Positions 47,018 through 52,881 of a stretch of DNA of 52,881 bases are shown piece after piece. Every line of letters starts with the position of its first letter. The first letter of the stretch is position 1. Position numbers and translations under genes: made by a program. This stretch comes from Candidatus Aenigmatarchaeota archaeon (GTDB taxonomy: Archaea; Aenigmatarchaeota; Aenigmatarchaeia; Aenigmatarchaeales; JACQIB01), in contig JBHIDR010000002.1 in the NCBI GenBank assembly GCA_046760225.1, forward strand, positions 1 through 52,881, in the 5' to 3' direction. The notes below the pieces were generated by a model that saw only the letters and a program-made list of their open reading frames with translations, was not told the DNA's origin and ran no database searches.

Positions 47018-49726
47018 ATGGACAAGAAAGCCCTGATTAAGGAGTTGCAGAAGGACTGGAAGAGATATTGGGCTCTGAAGTGGTTTGAGGAGAACGGATG
47101 GAAGAGGAGGCAATGCAAGAAATGTGGCAAGTTCTTCTGGAGCCTTTCTGAGCAAGAGTTATGCAATGATGCATTGTGCAGGCCATATGAGTTCCTTGGG
47201 AATCCGCTTACTAAAGGAAAGTTTGATTATTTCCAGGCATGGGATGCAATAAGGAAGTTCTTTGAGGACAGGGGCCATTTCCATTTGGAAAGGTATCCAA
47301 CAGTCTGCAGATGGTTCCCCCTGTACTTCAATATTGCTGCTATTGTCAACTTCTACAGGATGGAAGGGAACAGGTTTGTTTTTGAGTTCCCGAAATCTCC
47401 CATAATAATGCTCCAGCCCTCGTTGAGGTTCAATGACATACCGCAGGTCGGTATATCTGGCCGCCACTGGACATGCCACTCGCATGTGGAGCAGGCAGGG
47501 ATATGGGACGGAAAAAAAGGTTATTGGAAAGACAAGACAATTGAGCTTGACTTTGAGCTGCTCACAAAGGTATTTGGCATAAAGCCGGAAAAAATAAATT
47601 TCATTGAAGATGTCTGGCTCGGAGCTGGCGCTTTCGGTTATTCATTAGAGTATCATATTGCTGGCCTGGAAATTGGGAATGCTGTGTTCACTGAGTTCTC
47701 TGGGACACCTGACAATTACACTGTGATGAAGAATAAAGTTGTTGACATGGGTGCAGGACTCGAGAGGTTCTGCTGGCTGTCACAGGGCACTCCAACAAGC
47801 TATGAAGCTGCAATGGGCCCCGTGCTGGACAAGATGAAAGAAAAGAGCGCTGTGAAATATGACAAGGATTTCTTTCTTAACTTCTCAAAGCTTTCCGGTG
47901 TATTAGACCTTGAAGAAGTTGAAAACATCGAGAATGAAAAGATGAAGATTGCAAAACAGCTAGGTGTAGATGTAATTGAGATGCAAAATAAAATAGAGCC
48001 AATACAGGCAATATATGCGATTGCTGATCATGCCAGGGCGCTTCAGTTCGCAATTGCAGACAATGGCCTGCCAAGCAACATGGGAGGCGGGTATAATCTC
48101 CGCGTTATTCTCAGGAGATCGCTGGGCTACATAGACAAGTATGGTTTCCCATTTGACCTTATATGGGTTGCAGAGAAAATTGGTAAATACTTCAAGAAAC
48201 TTCACCCTGAGCTGCTGGAGAACATGGAGAACTTCAAGAAAATAATCAAGGTTGAAGAAGACAGGTACAGGGGGAGCATGAGAAGAATAAAGCAGACAAT
48301 AAGCACAATGATTGAAAGAGATGAAGCATTCACAGAAGGAAAAATCATAGAGCTTTATGATTCCCATGGAATAACACCTGAGCTGATTTCAGAGGTAGCT
48401 GCAAAGCACAACATCAATATTCCTATTCCTACTGAATTCTATGCAAAGGTCACTGAGAGGCACATGAAGGAGAAAGAAGAGAAGAAAAAGGAGCTAATTG
48501 ATGTAAAGGGCCTTTCTGAAACAGGAAAACTTTATTATGAAGATGAAAAGATGTTCGAGTTCACTGCAAAGGTCCTCAAGGTTGAGGGGAACAGGGTTGT
48601 GCTTGACAGAACAGCATTCTATCCCCGTGGTGGTGGGCAGGAACCTGATCAAGGCTATATAAAGAATTCCAGGATCTTTGATGTTGAGATTGTAAATGGT
48701 GTTATTGTTCATGAAGTGGGGGAAGTGGGGTTCAAAGAAGGGGATGAAGTGGAATGCACTGTTGACAAGGAAAGGAGAAGGCAAATAACACAACACCATA
48801 GTGCAACGCACCTCATAAGTGCTGCAGCAAGAAAGCTCATTGGGCCATGGCTCTGGCAAGCAGGAAGCAAGAAGGATGTTGACAAGGCGCACATTGACAT
48901 GACACATTACGAAAGCCTGAGTGAAGAGGAAGTAGATAAAATAGAAAGATTAGCAAATGAAATGGTGAAGAAAGGAATAAAGGTAGAAAAAAGGTTCATG
49001 AACAGGCAGGAAGCTGAGAGGAGATTTGGTTTCACAATTTACCAGGGCGCGCCTGTTCCGAGCAGCAAGCTCAGGATATGCTCAATAGGTGATATCGAGA
49101 ACGAGGCATGCGGAGGAACTCATGTTGATAACACAAGTGAAATCGGCACAATAATCATTTCAAAAGTTGAAAGACCTGCTGATGGGACTGTAAGGTTCGT
49201 GTACATGGCAGGCAAGGCAGCAGAAAAATTCCTTAAGGAAAGAGAGGAGACACTGAGGCTTTCTGCTGAACTGTTGGGGGTGAAGGAAGAGGAAGTCCCA
49301 AAGGCAGTGGAAGAGCTGTTTAAGGAGTGGAAGAAAAAGAAAAAGCAAGTAACCAAAATTAGGGAAAGAAAAGCAAAAGAAAAGATAGGGGACTTGAAAT
49401 TCACAAAGTCAAAAGGATTGAAAATAATTGTTGAGAAGATAAAAGGAGCAAGTGCATTGCAACTTCAGGAAATATCAAAGCAAATGAGCGCTGATGATAC
49501 TGTGATAGTGCTCTTTGGTACAGAAGATGGGAAGATATCCGTCTTTGCTTCAGCTGGAAAGGAGGCAGTTGAGAAGGGAATAGATGCCTCTGTAATTGTG
49601 GTTGGAGCATGCGCAGACCTTGGTGGAAGAGGTGGTGGAAGACCTAATCTTGCGCAGGGAACAGGTACTGAAATAAGAGATCTCGAAGATGTGATAAAAA
49701 GAATAAGAAAGGAGCTGATAGAATGA
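47018..49726 (+). CDS. alaS: alanyl-tRNA synthetase (archaeal type)
   Basis: CKKC, LEIGNAVF, VDMGAGLER, IADH, HSATH and EACGGTH editing motifs, GGRGGG C-Ala. Confidence 0.96.
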   Translation: MDKKALIKELQKDWKRYWALKWFEENGWKRRQCKKCGKFFWSLSEQELCNDALCRPYEFLGNPLTKGKFDYFQAWDAIRKFFEDRGHFHLERYPTVCRWFPLYFNIAAIVNFYRMEGNRFVFEFPKSPIIMLQPSLRFNDIPQVGISGRHWTCHSHVEQAGIWDGKKGYWKDKTIELDFELLTKVFGIKPEKINFIEDVWLGAGAFGYSLEYHIAGLEIGNAVFTEFSGTPDNYTVMKNKVVDMGAGLERFCWLSQGTPTSYEAAMGPVLDKMKEKSAVKYDKDFFLNFSKLSGVLDLEEVENIENEKMKIAKQLGVDVIEMQNKIEPIQAIYAIADHARALQFAIADNGLPSNMGGGYNLRVILRRSLGYIDKYGFPFDLIWVAEKIGKYFKKLHPELLENMENFKKIIKVEEDRYRGSMRRIKQTISTMIERDEAFTEGKIIELYDSHGITPELISEVAAKHNINIPIPTEFYAKVTERHMKEKEEKKKELIDVKGLSETGKLYYEDEKMFEFTAKVLKVEGNRVVLDRTAFYPRGGGQEPDQGYIKNSRIFDVEIVNGVIVHEVGEVGFKEGDEVECTVDKERRRQITQHHSATHLISAAARKLIGPWLWQAGSKKDVDKAHIDMTHYESLSEEEVDKIERLANEMVKKGIKVEKRFMNRQEAERRFGFTIYQGAPVPSSKLRICSIGDIENEACGGTHVDNTSEIGTIIISKVERPADGTVRFVYMAGKAAEKFLKEREETLRLSAELLGVKEEEVPKAVEELFKEWKKKKKQVTKIRERKAKEKIGDLKFTKSKGLKIIVEKIKGASALQLQEISKQMSADDTVIVLFGTEDGKISVFASAGKEAVEKGIDASVIVVGACADLGGRGGGRPNLAQGTGTEIRDLEDVIKRIRKELIE

Positions 49727-50364
49727 TAAAGGTTGTTGCCTTTGACTATGATGGTGTGCTTATAAGGTCAAGTGATGTGCATCTCCGTACCTGGGAAGAG
49801 ATATTAGATAAAGAAGGTATTGACCACAGAGTAACAGGAGAAATGATAGAATCCCATTTCGGGGAATCGTACGAAGACATGATAAAGCATCTTTTGCCTG
49901 AGGAACATAAGGATAAATCAAAGATAGTGTTGGAAAGGCTTCTTGGGATATTCCGCTCTCCTGAATATCCTAAAAAATTTGAAAAAGTCGAGGGTGTAAG
50001 GGAGTTTCTGGAAGGATTGAAGGAAAGGGGATTTAAACTGGCAGTTGCTTCCGGAAACAAGAGGGATATTCTTCATAACTGGTTGAAGGTAGCAGGTGTC
50101 ATTGAGCTTTTTGATATGATAATATCAGCAGAAGACATAGAGCGCGGCAAGCCTCATCCTGACATGCTAGAAAAAGTAATGTCATTCTTCAAAGTGGGAA
50201 AGGAGGAAATTATTTTTGTAGGAGATGCAAAAGACGACATAAGAATGGGGAAAGCAGCAGGCGTGAAGACGGTTGCTGTGCTTACAGGAGCAATGGATAG
50301 GGCGGAAGCAGAAAGGGAAGGTGCAGACATAATCTTAGAAAAGGTAACTGACCTGAAGGTGTGA
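49723..50364 (+). CDS. HAD-family hydrolase
   Basis: FDYDGVL, GKPHP, VGDAKDD. Confidence 0.92.
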   Translation: MIKVVAFDYDGVLIRSSDVHLRTWEEILDKEGIDHRVTGEMIESHFGESYEDMIKHLLPEEHKDKSKIVLERLLGIFRSPEYPKKFEKVEGVREFLEGLKERGFKLAVASGNKRDILHNWLKVAGVIELFDMIISAEDIERGKPHPDMLEKVMSFFKVGKEEIIFVGDAKDDIRMGKAAGVKTVAVLTGAMDRAEAEREGADIILEKVTDLKV

Positions 50365-50366
50365 AC

Positions 50367-50498
50367 ATGAGAGAAAAGGACAAAATAGTAAGGAGGGCTG
50401 CAGAAGTTATTAATACTGAGCCTGAGCAGCTGATCAATACAATCAAAAAGCTGCAGAAGGAAATTGGGGGATTTGAAAAGGAAATCTCTGAAGCCTAG
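50367..50498 (+). CDS. 43-aa helical mini-protein resembling the AlaRS linker
   Basis: AGGTG SD; MREKDKIVRRAAEVINTEPEQLINTIKKLQKEIGGFEKEISEA; stop overlaps the convergent stop. Confidence 0.6.
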   Translation: MREKDKIVRRAAEVINTEPEQLINTIKKLQKEIGGFEKEISEA

Positions 50499-50959
50499 GA
50501 AAGGCAAACATCTTCTTTTGGTTCGAAGAAGAGGTCGCAGGCGGTATTCAGCAGCTCATCATATGTTGCATCGCCCAGGAGCTTCTTTTCTGTCTTGCCC
50601 CTGAAATAGAATATCGGTACTTCACTTATTCCCAGCCTGCTTGCCTCATCAGGAAAATCAAATGTGTTTATCCTTTCTACAACCATGTTCCCCTTCATCC
50701 TCTGGAACAGGTCATCCACAAGCAAAGAGGCATCATCGCAGGCTTCACAGTCATCAGAGTAGAAGAACTTGAGTATTATCTTGTTCTGCTGGAAGAACTG
50801 TGCCTCTTCTGCATTGCTCAGGGGCCCTTCATAAACCAGCTGTACCCTTGGTTCCTGCGAGGGCACGAACGCTGAAAGCAGGGCGAATGCTGCGCTGCTT
50901 CCAAGGAACATGAACAGAACAAAAAGAACGAACATCTTTTGCTTTGCTTCCTTTTTCAT
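50495..50959 (-). CDS. membrane-anchored thioredoxin-fold protein
   Basis: N-terminal TM, FFYSDDCEAC, GISEVP. Confidence 0.8.
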   Translation of the reverse strand: MKKEAKQKMFVLFVLFMFLGSSAAFALLSAFVPSQEPRVQLVYEGPLSNAEEAQFFQQNKIILKFFYSDDCEACDDASLLVDDLFQRMKGNMVVERINTFDFPDEASRLGISEVPIFYFRGKTEKKLLGDATYDELLNTACDLFFEPKEDVCLS

Positions 50960-50963
50960 TCAA

Positions 50964-51863
50964 TCACTTCTTCAGGTAATTATATGCACCGAAAGCTGCC
51001 CTGCATCCCTCGGCTGCAGCTGTTATTATCAGCCTCGGATAGTTTATGGTGACGCTGCCTGCAGCAAATATGCCTTCCATATTGGTGGATTGTTCTGCAT
51101 CAACTATTATGTAGTTTCCTTTGTCTGTCTGTATACCTGCCTTCTTTAAAATCTCAACAGAAGGAACCTCTCCAACTGCTATGAAAACGGCTGAGGTCTT
51201 TATTTTCTCTCCATTGTCCAAGACCACTCCCTTGACCATTTTATCTCCCTTTATCTCCTTTATTGTCCTTTCAAGAACAAACTTTACTCCTGCTTTCTTT
51301 GCGTTCTCAACATTTATTCCTGCTGCCCTGAACTCCTTTCTCCTGTGCACAAGTGTGACATCACACCCCAGTTCCTTGAGGTATGTTGCATATGTCAGTG
51401 CTGTGTCACCACCACCAACAACAATAACTTTCTTGCCCTTGAAGAACCAGCCATCGCATGATGCGCAGTAGCTCACACCCTTTCCTATGAACTTTTCCTC
51501 TCCCTTTATTCCTGCATGCCTGTGCACAGAGCCAGTTGCAATTATTACTGTTTTTGCCTGATAGCTTGTTTTTTGTGTCATCACTGTCTTTAGCTTTGCC
51601 TTGTTCTTTAGCCCTACCACCTTCTCGGCCTTCATCTCAAGACCAAACCTCATTGCATGCTCCTTCATCTTGTTGAGGAGCTCTGGTCCCTTTATCTTTC
51701 CGAACCCAAGATAGTCCTCGACCTCTGCTGCCCAGGAAACCTGGGAGGGCTGCTCTTTATTGTCAAGGAGTAAGGTTTTCATTTTCAGCCTTGTTGTGTA
51801 TACAGCAGCACCATATCCTGCTGGACCACCGCCTATTATTATGCAGTCATAAATATGTGACAT
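50964..51863 (-). CDS. trxB: thioredoxin reductase
   Basis: [39 protein letters not shown]. Confidence 0.94.
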   Translation of the reverse strand: MSHIYDCIIIGGGPAGYGAAVYTTRLKMKTLLLDNKEQPSQVSWAAEVEDYLGFGKIKGPELLNKMKEHAMRFGLEMKAEKVVGLKNKAKLKTVMTQKTSYQAKTVIIATGSVHRHAGIKGEEKFIGKGVSYCASCDGWFFKGKKVIVVGGGDTALTYATYLKELGCDVTLVHRRKEFRAAGINVENAKKAGVKFVLERTIKEIKGDKMVKGVVLDNGEKIKTSAVFIAVGEVPSVEILKKAGIQTDKGNYIIVDAEQSTNMEGIFAAGSVTINYPRLIITAAAEGCRAAFGAYNYLKK

Positions 51864-51921
51864 ACTTGAACACCATCTCAATATTTTATATAAGAGCCAC
51901 ATATTTAAATTAAGTGAGTAT

Positions 51922-52881
51922 ATGGTAGTTTCCAAAATCAGAAAAAGGGACGGGAGTGTTGTGGATTTTGACCAGGGCAAAATAACCTATGCAATACACA
52001 GGGCCTTTGTTGCCACGCATACAAAGAACGGGAAGAAAGCCAAAAAGCTGTCTGATGCTGTTGTAAAGCTCCTGAACAAGAAGTTCGTGAAAACAATCCC
52101 TGGTGTTGAGGACGTACAGGACATGGTTGAAGATGTGTTGGCAAAGAAGGGCTACAGGAATATTGCTGAAGAATACTCGAAGTACAGGAAATCCAAAACC
52201 GAGATAAGGAAACTCAAGGAAGAGCTGGGAATAAAGCCTGAGATAAAGCTCAGTGTGAATGCACTGGAAGTGCTCAAACACAGGTATCTTCTGAGGGATG
52301 AGATTGGTAAGGTGGTAGAAACCCCAATACAGATGTTTGCCAGGGTTGCAAAGGCTGTTGCAGCTGTTGATAGGAAGCACAGAATGGATGCCAAGAAGGC
52401 AGCAAAGGATTTTTTTGGTATCATGAGCAGGCTGGAGTTCCTTCCTAACTCACCAACACTCTTCAATGCGAATGCTCCGCTGGGCCAGCTGTCTGCATGT
52501 TTTGTGCTGCCTGTTGAAGATTCCCTAGAAGGGATATTCACAGCTGTGAAGCAGACAGCTATTATTGAACAGACAGGAGGTGGTGTTGGCTTTTCATTTT
52601 CCAGGCTGAGGCCCAAAGGAGACATTGTCAGAAGTACAAAGGGTGTTGCTTCTGGTCCTGTTTCATTCATGCGTGTCTTTGATACAGCAACTGATGTAAT
52701 AAAGGCTGGTGGCAAGAGGCGCGGTGCAATGATGGGTGTTCTTAGTGTGCATCATCCAGACATAATGGAATTCATAATATCCAAGAGCAAGGAGGGTCAC
52801 CTTACGAACTTCAATATTTCTGTTGCTATCACAGACGCGTTCCTTTCTGCACTGAAGTACAACCGAAACTATGACCTGATA
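51922..52881 (+). CDS. nrdJ: class II (adenosylcobalamin) ribonucleotide reductase with ATP cone, 3'-truncated by the window
   Basis: IRKRDG ATP cone; [38 protein letters not shown]; open to the window end. Confidence 0.92.
   Translation, partial: MVVSKIRKRDGSVVDFDQGKITYAIHRAFVATHTKNGKKAKKLSDAVVKLLNKKFVKTIPGVEDVQDMVEDVLAKKGYRNIAEEYSKYRKSKTEIRKLKEELGIKPEIKLSVNALEVLKHRYLLRDEIGKVVETPIQMFARVAKAVAAVDRKHRMDAKKAAKDFFGIMSRLEFLPNSPTLFNANAPLGQLSACFVLPVEDSLEGIFTAVKQTAIIEQTGGGVGFSFSRLRPKGDIVRSTKGVASGPVSFMRVFDTATDVIKAGGKRRGAMMGVLSVHHPDIMEFIISKSKEGHLTNFNISVAITDAFLSALKYNRNYDLI

Noticed and set aside
51864..51980. Extended trxB N-terminus from 51980
   Set aside because: Overlaps nrdJ and the divergent promoter; the family start matches MSHIYD at 51863
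51910..52715. Long minus-strand ORFs here and similar ones opposite ftsZ, rpl1, pheS and leuS
   Set aside because: Antisense shadows of well-supported plus-strand genes

Overview
Gene-dense archaeal chromosomal segment. Gene content (Top6A/B, RIO1-KH, secE-spt5-rpl11, rpl1-rpl10-rpl12, two-subunit tRNA splicing endonuclease, archaeal-type aaRS) and compact gene spacing suggest a DPANN-like lineage, possibly Aenigmarchaeota (inference). Most genes are housekeeping: GlyRS, TrpRS, PheRS alpha/beta, LeuRS, AlaRS, FtsZ, MinD, TrxB and a partial class II RNR. The standout is extreme bulge-helix-bulge (BHB) intron proliferation, parsed by hand from the sequence. tRNA-Phe(GAA) is split by six introns and tRNA-Arg(UCU) by four. 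A 30-nt canonical BHB intron carrying an in-frame stop interrupts the protein-coding gene top6B, and cutting at the standard BHB sites restores the conserved SVAEFFEKNRHLLGF motif. The same window encodes an atypical two-subunit splicing endonuclease. Also present: two free-standing AT-rich LAGLIDADG endonuclease elements (one appears to have replaced and duplicated the 3' end of top6A), an intron-less tRNA-Trp embedded in a wHTH ORF upstream of trpS, a repeated 18-bp palindromic operator, and several unannotated small ORFs. All structures were derived manually; none were computed.
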